In this document: positions 1 to 12,459 of the stretch, one piece after another
How the letters are laid out: the number at the start of each line of letters is the position of its first letter
How positions within the stretch are numbered: the first letter of the stretch is position 1
Assembly: GCF_018977255.1 (NCBI RefSeq)
Contig: NW_024704743.1
Coordinates: forward strand, 34,598,001-34,662,000
Direction of reading: 5' to 3'
Length of the DNA stretch: 64,000 nucleotides
DNA from: Callorhinchus milii
Lineage: Eukaryota
Program-made: the position numbers and the translations under genes
Notes under the pieces: generated by a model
What the model saw: the letters and a program-made list of their open reading frames with translations, nothing else
The model's database searches: none
What the model was told of the DNA's origin: nothing

Positions 1-560
1 CCCATAAATGCGAACAGTGGAATGGGACACAGCGAAAGGGGGGTGTTAGGGCATGAAAGGATTATAGGTGAGAGCAAGGACACTAACGTCAATCCATTTT
101 GATTCTGGTGAGGACTGGGGTGATGGCCATGCAGAATTTGGTGCGGGTGAGGATGTGGGCGGCGTTGTTTTGGATTAGCTGGAGCTTATGGACAAATGAT
201 GAAACTAGATAGACTAGTGAGAAATGCATTTGAGAAGTCTAGGCGGGAGGTGACAAAGGCACGAATGAGGGTTTTGGTGGCATTTGGTGTGAGGTAGCAG
301 TGGAGATGGACAATATGGCAGAGAAGGTAGCAGTTTTGGTCAGGGATTGAGTGTGAAGGAAGGAAGAAGAGGTTTCGCGCTGGTTTCATGAGTTTGAGAA
401 GGAGAGGGCAGGGAGGTTGAGGAAGTCAAAACTAGAAGTGAGGAAATGTTGGCATGACCTGAAAAGGATGACTTCCATCTTGTCCATATGCAGCTCAGGA
501 AATTGAAGGTCATTGAGGCTTTGATATCTGACAGAACATCCATGAACTTGGAATCAACAG
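1..560 (-). mobile_element. Degenerate L2 RT fragment in the last PSMG4 intron
   Basis: TLIRAFVTSRLDFSNAFL and LSDIKASMTFNFL motifs. Confidence 0.75.
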
Positions 561-1020
561 TAGTAGAATTATCTACATACACGTGAAAGTAAATCCTGTG
601 ACTGTAACAACAACTTGTATTTATATAATGCCTTTTCCCCCTTTCTCTTTGTGAAAAATGCTGTTCTTCACATTGGAAACAGCAGATAGTGTGCAATGCC
701 ACAGTGTCTGATATATTAAAAAAAAGTGTTGCTGTGGGGTGGGACAGGTTATTTTGAGGAATTAAAGAGAACCATTTTACTGTGTGCAGTCTGATGCATC
801 GGTGCAATCTCTCTCCTTATGTGTATGCCTTTCTCTTGTTATCAATCCATACTGTGCAGGTTATATTATAATTTTAAAGTTGTTCCTTTAGCAGGTGCTG
901 GTACAACTCTCTAAAAGTGATAACTGTTATTTCATTGAAACACAATTTAATCTATACTTAAAAATTAGGTTGTAACACCAATATCTAAAAAATATATTTT
1001 ACTGTTATATCTATATCCAG

Positions 1021-1142
1021 CTAAGAAGACGGGCAAACAGGTCTTTGTCAGCTACAACCTCCCAAACACCAGCAGCAACACAGCACTGGAGGTGGAAAAC
1101 CGAATCAAGCAAGAAATGGATGCTCATCCAGAGAAATTCTAA
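1021..1142 (+). CDS. PSMG4: Last coding exon of proteasome assembly chaperone 4 (upstream exons lie outside the window)
   Basis: Acceptor ...atatccag|ct at 1020/1021, phase 1. Reads (A)KKTGKQVFVSYNLPNTSSNTALEVENRIKQEMDAHPEKF*, TAA at 1140-1142. Closely matches the PSMG4 C-terminus as recalled (KQVFVSYNL...VENRIKEEMEAFPEKF). Convergent adjacency to SLC22A23 matches human synteny. Absent from the ORF track because it is short. Confidence 0.95.
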
Positions 1143-1198
1143 TTGTAACTAATTATTATTTTGTACTTTTTTTTAAAAAAATGACTTTTGGCATATTT

Positions 1199-1204
1199 AA
1201 TAAA
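1199..1204 (+). promoter_or_regulatory. PSMG4: Probable PSMG4 polyadenylation signal
   Basis: AATAAA 57 nt after the stop codon, followed by T/GT-rich sequence. Confidence 0.7.
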
Positions 1205-3159
1205 GTGTTAAAAACTTTCCTTTATAGGTGTTACATGAATTGGGAATCAAATACTGATTTGAAGGTTTTGGAGAGATCATGGTAGAGCAAACTTTGCTGT
1301 TTACCCAAAAATGTTGAGCATTGTGATGGAAATGTTATCTTCTGGAGGCTCGGGTGTGGGTGAGGAAGATAGGGCAGCAGTAATGCAATAATTGCTTTTG
1401 ACCCTAGGGAGGCAACAAATCACACCAGGGTATGTCTGATCACTAGCTAGTGCCCTGTGTGAATGAACATATGTAGAATATATGTTAATCATAGCCAATT
1501 CAACCATGCCTTTACCTGGCACAATGTTGGGCAAGTTTCCTTACTCCATACCTCTGTTTACCTAGCAGTGCAAAGAAATTGGTCACTTCAATCCACAACT
1601 GTTTGGCTGCTGTGTTTCACCCACAAAATATACAGTTAATTCATTTTGCAGTTTAATGTGAAGTGCTTTGAGATTTCTTGAAGATGTGACAAGGCACTAT
1701 ATCAAATTCAACAGTTATTACATTATTATTTCTCCTTTGCCCCCCCATTTCTGGATAGCAATTGGGAGGAGAACTTCAGGCTGAATTTGAGTTTTCCTCG
1801 TTTTGCATTAGCATATCTCAGGTGATGGATGCACTTATGGTTCTGCAGCAAGACTGACAGCAAGTGCATAGTCCAAAGCATCATTTGTCTCACATCAGTA
1901 TGAAGTATAGATGGTGAGACAGTTTTCTCTGGACAATGTCACTGCATGGTGTGCCAATTGAGGCCTTCAGAAGCCTTCATGGAGGTCTGCATGTATATCA
2001 TGCAGTGACATTGACTAATGAGTCACTCCATCCTATAAAGGAGACTCCGACCCTGACCACCTCCAAATGCACCGAGAATTGCTCCCACAGAATATTCATT
2101 CATCAATGATCACCATCTGTGAACCCATGTTTCAATGAACAAAAGTTATGATATTCTCTGCTCAGAAGATTCTTACAATTGCTATGATCAAATGCAAATC
2201 AAATACTTCACATTTTAAAACTTCTTCCAACCATTGCTAGTGGTTGGATGAGGGATGGGTTTGCTTTTGTTAATGGTTTTACTGATGGAAAATTTATAAT
2301 TTTACTTCCTCTATCAATCAGTATGAAATGAGGTATTTTATAGCCCACTTGCACTTCATTTTGTTGAAGAGGAAATTAGTCTCATTCAGAGGAAACGGCA
2401 GTTTAAGCTTGTTGAATTACCCAGTCCATGCAGGTGCTACTTCTACACCCAAATATTGCATGTGGTGTGGAATAACTGTAAATATGCAGTAGAATTCAGA
2501 CTTCAATGCTGTTTTGATTATGACAAAACTAGGTGGTGTATGTCTATGTACTTAATGCATTAATAAATGGACAGGTTACCTATTCATTTAGTCACTTAAG
2601 CTTCAGATTTCATAGCTGACTTTGCCTTCCATACATCAGACTCTGTTGTAGTAACCAGCAGCAGGCCCAGATTCTTAACTTTGCCTTGAACACCAGAAAG
2701 AAAGACTGAGGGATATATAAGGTCAGTGGCAATAATAAATATAATTGATTATAACTGGAGGCTGAACAGTGGTTGTTAATGGGGGATCAATACTCTGTCA
2801 GTTGTCCTGTCACTTGTTTAATACTGGGTCAATCTGATTGAAATTGACCCTATAAGGCACTATCAACAATTTACACTTATATAGCACCTTTCATGTTAAA
2901 AACAAGGTCTCCAAGTGCTTCACAAAGACAGAAAAGATCATTTCTCAAACTCAGCCAAAATCACAGCATGCACACATGTTCTACAGAATGGAGAGCAGTA
3001 AAATTATGTAGACAGTGAAAGTTATAAAATTGGCATACTCTACAAGGTGTCCCAAACAGAATATCTCCACAATAAATAATGGAATATATCTGCACAGAAT
3101 GATCAAAGAGGATTTTTTTTTTTTTAAGATGAAGGAACATTGTCCACACTGCAGCTTGT

Positions 3160-3378
3160 TTGGTGTCTGCCCCCCACCCCATTCCATCCCGCAGTCCTTC
3201 CACCTTGCCCCCTCCCTTGCTTCCACAAGACTCATCCCAAGACCCTCTTTGACCGTGCTTTCAATCACCTTGCTCTCCACCCACCTCAGTTCTGACCCAC
3301 AGCTCGGGTCTGAAACTGACTGTCCAGCATCTTGGAAGGTCCTCCCACGGTGAAAGGCTCCATACAAATGTAGTTGTC
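3160..3378 (+). mobile_element. L2 3' end fragment
   Basis: C-rich IPQSFHLAPSLAS segment and a tail like the other L2 ends (gtgaaaggctccatacaaatgtagttg). Confidence 0.65.
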
Positions 3379-5437
3379 AATGCAACATTTTTAAATGTAA
3401 ACTAAATTGAGAAAGCCAGAACAGTGCTTTGATGCATCAAGAATTTAGGTTCAAATTGGGAATGGCAATTTTTGACAGCCCACCAGGAAATTTCTTTACA
3501 AAGGCTAATTAATGTCAAATACATTATTGGGAAGGCTATTGAAGTCAGGGAGAGAGGCTGATTTAAGAGTTAGTTTCGGTGCAATGTAAAGTTGGTTTTC
3601 TGGAAGCTAGAGTTTTTTTTAAAAAAAGCTTTAAATCTCCAGGATCTGGACCCCAAAAACTGTTTTACACAAACAAGACAGAATCAAACCAAAAATGGAA
3701 CTCATCAGCCCTGAAACCTATCAGTCACTTCAAGAGAAAGCACATATTGGATCTGGCTGCAGCTCCTTCCGGCTCAGTGCCAGGCTGCAACCAGAATACA
3801 CACCGTTGGGTAATGTATAGAAGACAACACCAGCTCCTCAACCTGTATTAGAGTGGGGTACAGTGTAATTGTCAGTGTTCTGTCAATCAAGTCACCTCCT
3901 TCAATAGCCTAGCTTGGACATCTAGCGATTTGAAAGGAGCAGAAAAATATTGGAATTAAATCAGGGCAGACTGGCTATATGAGAAATCAGGAAATTTTTC
4001 AAGTGCCTCGATAAATGGTTCCCAAGCTCACTATGATTCACTCCCACTACTTACCACCCCAGAGAACACATTCTCTTTGAGACAAAGTCATAAGGCACTA
4101 TCAAATGCAAGGATTTATTTTAAAAGATACTGTAATTCACAATCAAGTGGGAACAAGTGTTGAAGTGCCATCTTCATGCACAGGGGGGCAGTATTCAAAT
4201 TTGTAGAAATTGTCTGGAGCATTGACCATTCTGTTTCACTGGTAAGTCTGGGTAAGCACATGCCAGGATTACTTCTCTGCTATCAAAGTCTGAAGCAAAA
4301 TAATTCCCACAGAGTAAAATAAAGAAAAATACAGTGAATGAAATTACTTTTATTAAAAAAATCCACCAGTTGAGTGATGTGCAATAATTCTTCAATGAGT
4401 AGCTGTGCAATTTACTTTGTGTTCCAGCACATCAGGGACACTTGTAGAGGGCTCAGATATAATGCTAGGCCACTAGAAAAATGCAATGGAAAACCAGCAC
4501 CACAAGTCAGCAGCCCAGCTCAAGATGTTCAGTGTTTAACCTTCATTTAGTAGAGAAACGGTTGAGAATACGTACCATAACCCTGATATTTTTTGCAATA
4601 CAATATTGCTTGCAATAGTTCCCCATTTGCAAAAAATACATTACTGCCTGAAATATTAAATTACTGCATGGAGGGAAAAAGGTCTAAAAATTCAATCATG
4701 CTTTGACACTCAGACTTAATTTACAACTGTACAATTTTGTTTGAAACTTAATAACAATGCCTAGAATTACAAAAAACACCATGGATTTACAGATGAGATC
4801 TATCTTAAGTGAGACACATGTAAGTGAGATGTTTTAAAGTGAGGGAAAGGAGGTGGCAAGAATACTGGTTCTGAGATTCTATTAGCTACTTATCAGCTGA
4901 CAGAAGAAGCAATTAAGCAGTGTAAAGTGGAGACATTCCATTCATTTGGAGTGAAGGGGTGACATTCCTGCCATTGGAAACATTTGGGTGGCATTAAGTC
5001 AGAATTATTCCAAACCAATGTGTTTAATGGTGAAATGGGGAGGGGTGGGAGAGAAAGGTAAGACATCAAGGGGAAAAATGGGGTTGAAAATTGCAAGCCT
5101 ACTAGTGTCTTCCTTAAAGTCTCACTACTTTTTTTTCCCAGTTGTATGGCAGCTCCTCCAACAGTTTATTGGCATTTCTCCCCCTTCCCCTTTCAACGAT
5201 GTAGTGCATTATTTGCTATAGGCAGCTCCCACTGACCCTCCAGGAATTTGGGAGCCTCCTAAATTTCCACATTCACAATCATTACCCCCTTAAGGGGAGG
5301 GAGGGTATAAGTCTGTTTAAAAAAAGTCATCCAGCTCAGAACTAAAACACTTGCCAAATGAATTAGTTCACAAAATAACCAGGTGCTGGAGGTCTCTTCT
5401 GTGCAAAACACTCAACTGTAAACACTAAAAAGGACGA

Positions 5438-5801
5438 TCATATCGACCTAATGCCATTGCCATTGGCTGTGGTGATCTCAGCAGTGGAGTCGGAGGGGCC
5501 TGCGATTTCCTGAAGCCCAGAGTAGTCCTTGAGTTCAGTCTGATTTGCGAGCAGAGGCTGCTCTGCCTTTTTCGGAGGGAGGAGTGGCTGCCTGGTGTAG
5601 TTGTCTCCATCGTCGATGGTCTCTGGGAGATTCAGCCCTCTGCTCTCAGGCAACAGTAGGATGCAAATGATGCAAATCATTGTGCAGCAAGTAAAGATCA
5701 CGTGGTGCAGAAAGTAACCCTTCTGGTTGTGAAGCTCCATGATGGGTGCAGTCAGTCTGCCAAATCCAGCACTTGCCAAAACCAGACCTAAACCTCCACC
5801 C
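5438..5801 (-). CDS. SLC22A23: SLC22A23 last coding exon (TM11-12 and C-terminal tail)
   Basis: gttttatag|G: GGGLGLVLASAGFGRLTAPIMELHNQKGYFLHHVIFTCCTMICIICILLLPES...TANGNGIRSI*, TGA at 5440-5438. Confidence 0.95.
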
Positions 5802-5856
5802 CTATAAAACAAGGAACATCAGGTTAACACTTTTTATATAAAAAAAGGAATTAACT

Positions 5857-6143
5857 GGGTGAAACCTTCAGCAAGTTTTCTTACCACACGCCTCTGTTTA
5901 CTAAGCAGTAAGCAGGAACCTGGTTGTTAATCAATTTGCAGGGGTAATAATCCCTTCAAAAATGAAAAAGGAATTTGGTCACTCAATCCACAAATGTTTG
6001 TGTGACACTGCTGTGCGCAATTGGCTGACGCGTTTGCCCACAAATATACAGTCAATTCACTTTACAGTGTGTTCTGTGAAGCGCTTTGGGACATCCTCCC
6101 GACGTGAAAAGCGCTATATCAAATGCAAGAATTATTATTATTA
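5857..6143 (+). mobile_element. Long-form subfamily of the tRNA SINE (extra ~51-bp internal segment), 5'-truncated
   Basis: Extra segment ctgtttactaagcagtaagcaggaacctggttgttaatcaatttgcagggg at 5894-5944; standard tail. Confidence 0.8.
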
Positions 6144-6964
6144 TCCTTCACTTTGAGCGGAAACCTCAAAAAGTATTGTATAATATATGCTGTTCACCCT
6201 ATAAATGTAATTTATTTTTAAGAGTTACAAAGTTCCAGGGCAATTCTCTCTGTACTCAGCTTCCACCTTCCTGTAGTAACCAATACTCAATCAGACATTT
6301 GAAGAGATTTAAAAGGACTACAGTACATGTCCCATTATAACGTGCTTCACTGCAAAGTAAATTCACTTAGAACGTAGTTGCATGTGGAGCCCATTCATCA
6401 TGCATGTGCACAGAGGCACCACTGCCCCCTCTTCAACCATGCCTTCGATCACATTCCTACCCCTATCCCCCTACCCTTCTGATCCTATTCCCCAGATTGG
6501 ATGCAAATCGGGACTATTCAGCAACTTGGAAAATCCTCCCAGCATGAAAGGTGCTGTATAAATATAATTTGTTGTGGAACACGGCAAGGTTGGCACTCTA
6601 AAACAAAGCAAGATTCAAGTAAAGACTTCAGTCCACTTGATCTCATCCTTCCAAAGCATAATTTATTGTTCAGTATCATTGTTTGGCTAGTTTTAAGTCT
6701 TTTTTAAATCAACATCCCAAGTTCTCATTCTCAGCTGTCCACCGGGGAGTTAAATGCTGAGCAGAGACTGCTATGCGCTGTAGAGTAACCAGTTAAACTG
6801 GAATGTTTGCTGAGTTTATCCTCCAAGCACAATACTTAAAGGAACAGTGACAGGAAACATTTAATAAATAGATCACAAGTTTAAATCAATGTTACATGTC
6901 CTTTTTACAAAATACAAGAGGGGGCGGAGAGGAGAGAAGAAATTTGCCGAAGGGTTTTACCCAT

Positions 6965-7840
6965 AAACATAACATGTAGGACCAGGAGTAGGCCATTCGG
7001 CCCTTCAAGTCTGCCCCATCATTCAATCATGGCTGATCTTCTAATCTAACTCCAGCTAATAACCTAACCCTGCCTTATCCCCATATGCCTTAATCCTTTT
7101 TGCAATAAGAAATCTATTTATCTCAGTCTTGAATATGTTCAAGGACTGAGCGTCAACAGCCCTTTGGGGTAGCGAGTTCCATACATTCACCACCCTTTGA
7201 GTGAAAAAGTTCTTCCTCAACTTAGTGCGAAAGGGCTGGCCTCTAATTTTAAGGTTGTGACCCCTGGTTTTAGGTTCTCCAACCAGGGGAAACAATCTCC
7301 CACTATCTACTCTATCACGCCCTTTGATGATCTTAATAGGAACTTCTATATATATAACTTCTATAGGAATAATTCTTCTACATTCTAGAGAATATAGGCC
7401 CAAATTGGTCAGCCTATCCTCGTAACTCATCCCCGGTACTAACCTGGAAAATCTACGCTGCACCCCCTCCAAGGCAAGTACATCCTTCCTTAAATAAGGA
7501 GACCAAAACTGCACACAGTATTCCATGTGTGGTCTCACCAGAGCCCTATACAGTTGCAGCAAGACTTCCCTACTCTCTTACTCTAATCCTTTCATAATGA
7601 ATGCTAACATACCGTTCGCCTTCCTAATTGTTTCCTGCACCTGCAGACTAACTTTCTGTGATTGGTGTACAAGGACACCCAAGTCCCTCTGGACGCTAAC
7701 ACATTCCAATCTCTCCCCTTCTAAAAAATAACCCGCTCTACTGTTTTTGCTACCTAGGTGGATGACTTTGCACTTCCCTACACTATACTTCATCTACCAC
7801 CTACCTGCCCAATTACCTAACCTATCTATGTCTCGCTGCA
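6965..7840 (-). mobile_element. 5'-truncated CR1 LINE (RT C-terminus and 3' UTR)
   Basis: KCKVIHLG, QRDLGVLV, LYRALVRPHMEYCVQFWSP, LEGVQRRF, TRGHNLK, FFTQRVVNVWNSLP; in-frame stop present. Confidence 0.92.
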
Positions 7841-8478
7841 TTTTTTTAAAAAACATCTTCAATTACTTTCCATCTATGTTGTTTTCCTCCAGTTAAAATG
7901 TTTGAAATGTACTGGTGTACAAAAGGAAAAAAATGCAAGTCCAAATCTAGATTAAAGTCACCCACATTGATTCTGATGGCTCAAATGGGTAAATTTACAC
8001 CCCAGTTTCTGAAAACAATGTGATGCACACACTTCATATCTGCACTGGCTGTAAATACTGCACAGTCACTGTAAGTAAATACACCCAAATAAATGAGCAG
8101 CTGCCATGCATACCACCAGAGAGAAATGATATCTGAACATCTTGGGTGTCTTCCAACAAAATGTTGACTTGAAAATGTGCCAGGTATTGAGGAAGCTGCA
8201 CTCATGTGCAATAGATTGATGACACTGTTCAGACTTTCCATTCTCAGCAATTGCCAAACTTTAAATTTAATGCATACATGTCATTAGTCTCATTTTCACT
8301 ATTTTATAGGATAATAGAATGCTAATTTACCAATATGTCAGTTAACAAAATAAACAATCATACAACTTGAGGTTCAGTACCATTGCTTAGCTTAAATCAA
8401 ATGAAACAAATGGATCCTTATTAGCTTTTGCTCATGTGCCATAAAGAGAAAGTCAATTGCTGCTAGTAATGCAATTTT

Positions 8479-8898
8479 ATAATAATCCTTGCATTTGATA
8501 TGGTGCCTTATCAAGCCAAGATGTCTCAAAGTGCTTCATGGGATTTACTGTGCAAATGAGTGACTTTGTATTTGTAAGCAAATATGGCAGCACAGTCCCA
8601 CAAACAGCCATGGAATGAGTGTCCAATTTTTTTTGGGGTGGGGGGGATATATTGGCAAGGACACCAGGAGAAGCTCCCTTCTCTTTTCAAATAGTGCCAT
8701 AGGATCTTTAGCATCCACCTGAACAGGTAGACAGGACCTCGCTTTAATGTCTCAATCGAAGGACAGAATCTCTAACAATGCAACACATCTACAGGGTTGC
8801 ATTGGAGTTTAATCTTGGACTATGAGTTCAAGTCCCGACATGGGATATGAACCTACAGCCTTTTGACTCAGAGGCAAGAATGCTACCTTCTGAGCCAA
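8479..8898 (-). mobile_element. Deu-domain tRNA SINE (SacSINE1/AmnSINE1-like)
   Basis: Deu core caggtggatg.taaagatcc.atggcactatttgaa.agag..gggag.ttctcc.ggtgtcct.gccaa; tRNA-like head; shared tail. Confidence 0.8.
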
Positions 8899-9984
8899 AA
8901 CACACAATTTGGTGCCTGTAATTCACAAAGCTGTACATGCCCACATTATGATCTTTTATGAATGATGCCAACCTGAGGAGATGTCAAGTGCAGTGTTGGC
9001 ATTGCTTCATGGAAACAAAATACGAATCACTGATAGATTCACAGTCATGGTGGCCATTACAGAGGGGCATTAGCGGGACCCTCATTAGTCTTGTGAGGGC
9101 CTGTGATCAGGTCCCTCATCTTGTTGACTGGGAAAAAAAGTGTTCTTTTTTCTTATACTAAACAAAGGAGGAACATCATTGCTGGGTAAATGAAATGTTT
9201 TCTTCTCTACTTAAGTGACCAGTCAAGTTAGAACATTGCAAGGTTCCCAGAGGTGAGGGGCTTTAGTTACAAGGGAGATTTGAGAAATTAGGATTCTCCA
9301 CTGGAGCCGAAGAAGTTAAGAAGTGATTGAATAGCTGATTAGGATAAATAATATCTACCGGTCAGTCAATATAAATTTACTTTTCTGCAGCACCTTTCAT
9401 GTTGAAAAGATGTCTTTAAGTGCTTTACACAGCTGATGTAGTGCTTGAGGTGGGGTGAGGGGAAGAAAAAGATGATGCAAAGCATATTCAATGAGATAGG
9501 GCTCGAGGCAGAATTTAAAAGTGGAAAGAGAATGAGTTGGAGGGATTCCGAGATGGAGTTCCAGAAAGCTGGGGAAGAATGGCTAAAAAGTTGCCCATCA
9601 ATGATAGGGCAGATCCACCAGGAAAAGAAGCAATCCTGTGTTTGCAGAGTTTAGGAGATTGAAATGAAAGGGCAATATTAAAAAGGTTCAAAAAATTATT
9701 CAGGAAGCTTAGAATGAATAATATTCTAAACGTAGATAGATTCTCTGCTGTACACTATTGTTGGGACATCCTCCTGACGTGAAAGGCGCTATACAAATGT
9801 AATCTTGTTGTTTTTGGGGGGGGGGGGGGGGGGAGTCCATAAATTCTTTCTTTTAATAAAAGAGAGGAAACCAACAGACACGGATTAAAAGTAATTAAGA
9901 GAATGGGATTAGACCAAATGGAGAAAAGATACAGACTGAATCAAATGGTTGAATTCTGTGCTGCAATTTTTGTGGGGTTAGCCG

Positions 9985-10310
9985 GGAGTCTGACGCATAT
10001 GGAAACCCATCACCATACTTGAGTATCTAAACCATGCTGAGATTTCCATGCATCCCACCTACACATGGAAATCTCAGAGATAGATTGTTGGAGGAATGAG
10101 CTCTCCCTCCCCGGAGGGAAGCATCCTGCTTCCCTAATTCTGGAAAGTACAAGGCAAGAGCCAAAGCCTGGGGACCCCAGAGTGTGCGTTGGAATACTGC
10201 TGGATTAACCAGCTAAAACTGCGTAGCTTGCTATTGAGCACTGTCTGGTAAGCTTTCCTGCTGCTTGTCCAACTAGGACCACTGTACCCATTAGGGTTTT
10301 GGCTTTCAGG
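9985..10310 (+). repeat. Unclassified ~330-bp interspersed repeat (copies at 56545-56885 +, 28930-29110 + partial, 58930-59140 -)
   Basis: Shared blocks gaaacccatcaccat, gctgagatttccatgcatcccacctaca.atggaaat, catcctgcttccctaa, aaccagctaaaa..gc.tagcttgc, ttgtcca.ctaggaccac. Confidence 0.8.
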
Positions 10311-10902
10311 GTTGCAAAATTGACTAATCCATATTAAAGGTCTAGCCTGGGTCAGAGGCGGAAATTAACAGTCACTTCACAGTATATCCTGTGAAGTGCT
10401 TTGGGATGTCCTCCCGATGTGAAAGGCGTTATACCCAACGCAAGTATTATTAGCAGATCAAGTTCTAGAATTTTGTATTACAGGCTCATGTCCAGTAGAA
10501 ATTGATCAAAATAATTTCATTTGGGATCCTTTACTGGAAAAGAAGGCTTTCGCCCATCAATCTGGGTTCGATTCATATCCATTTCCAGATGACGAAAGGA
10601 CAATGTCCTAAAAAAATGCTGCATCAACCCTCTATAGAAGGTTGAATTTCAACATGTGATGAAGCAGCATTATCCAAAAGATGTCTCAAAAGAATTGTAG
10701 TTCAGACGCTAATAAGCCTCACCTTTGGTAGTACAGCATTTTCTGCCTGTCTTTTTTTAATGCAGCTGCATATTTCTATTGTTGCATTTTCTTATTTGAA
10801 TGCCATTTGGGGAAATGTGGGAAAGGGAGGCAGAACAAAATCTCAACAGCTGGAACTCATTATCTGCAGTAAAGCATTATCTGTAAAGCAGAAGGTTGTT
10901 GC

Positions 10903-11192
10903 AATAATAATAGTTGTATTTGATATAGGCCCTTATCACAGAATATATTGTAACATGAATCACCAATTGCACACAGCAATGCCCCACAAACAGTCGTGGA
11001 TTGAGTGACCAATTTTTTTTTGAAGGAATTATTACTCCGGAAAATCAACTGCCAATCAATTAACAATGAGGTTCCTACTTACTGCTGGGTAAACACAGTA
11101 CGGAAACTTGCCCAATGTTTTGCCCTGCCAGGAATCGAACCCAAGTCTCTCGCTTGTGAGGCGAGTGCTCTAACTGCTGAGCTACAGACTCC
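10903..11192 (-). mobile_element. Long-form subfamily tRNA SINE
   Basis: tRNA-like head at 11192; carries the same extra internal segment. Confidence 0.8.
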
Positions 11193-11332
11193 ACCCAAGT
11201 CATGCAAAAACAAAGAGATGTGCAGAAGCTTCATATCAGGTGCTGAGTTACATGTGCAATACAATCAGAGTCACTCATATTACCAAAGCTCCAAAACATT
11301 CTTTGAACAAATTGCAAGATACACAAAATCAA

Positions 11333-11754
11333 TATAATCCTTGCATTTGGTAGCGCCAATGTGATAGCACCTTATTACATTGTCGAGATGTCTTAAAACA
11401 TCTAGACAATGTACTGTAGTGGCAGTGTATTTGTAGGGAAACAGCAGGCAATTTCCACACAGCAACATCTGACAAAGAGCTATGAAGTGAATGACCAATT
11501 TTATTTGAGGGATTGTTGGTCAGGGTACCAAGAGAAACATTCTTCTCTTTAAGTAGTGCCATAGGTTCCTTAACATCCACCTGAACAGGTCATCCTAACC
11601 TTGATTTAACATCTCATCCGAAGACCGGCACATCCAACATTGCAACACACCCCCAGTGCTGCATTAGAATGTCAGCCAAGATTGTGAATTCAAAGTCAAA
11701 GGTCTTGAACACACAACCTTCTGACTGTGGATGGAGTGCTACCAACTGAGTTAG
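11333..11754 (-). mobile_element. Deu-domain SINE
   Basis: Same core and head as 8479-8898. Confidence 0.8.
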
Positions 11755-12070
11755 AGTGACAAATTAAACTACAGGGTCGGTCAATAAAAAGACATTTGGG
11801 TCACATTTCAGATACTTGTAGAATACAATACACATATTAGCGCCTTTCACTCGATATGGTATCTGATCTTTATCAGCAATGCTTTGACCTAAAGATAGTG
11901 CTTTTACCCACTGCACCATTAAGTCCCCAAAACTCAAGGGCACACTTTCTCTTTACAGGCTGCAATGCAGTTCAAACCTTAAAAACACAACAGCAAAATT
12001 TTCATTGATCCAATCAATACAGAACAAAGACTGGGCAATGAGGCATGCAACAAACATTGAGGAGTCTTAC

Positions 12071-12194
12071 CTGATCACAGTCGGGGTGAGCTCAGCACAG
12101 AAGAAGATGCTCAGATTTCCCACCGCATGGGAAGCAAACATACCCACAATAGAAAATGTGACAGAAAATGGGTCCTGTAGGCTCTTGCTCATAT
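12071..12194 (-). CDS. SLC22A23: SLC22A23 penultimate exon (124 nt)
   Basis: ctcctgcag|AT: MSKSLQDPFSVTFSIVGMFASHAVGNLSIFFCAELTPTVI(R); donor AG|gtaaga. Confidence 0.95.
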
Positions 12195-12459
12195 CTGCAG
12201 GAGTGAACATTAAGGGTTGGATGTTAGCAGATGAAAAAAAGTCACTTTTTTTAAATATAAATCCTGCTGCCACTGGATTATGTAGGTTTAAGAAATGTAA
12301 TCAATTCTTAAATGTTTACAAGCACAACAATTGTAGCCTTTATAAAATTCAACCATAAAACCACCAGCTGACTTTAAGTGGTTTCCATACATCTTCCTCC
12401 TCCAATGCCATAAACAAGCATTAAAATCATGGGCTCACAGAATAAAACACAATTTTACA

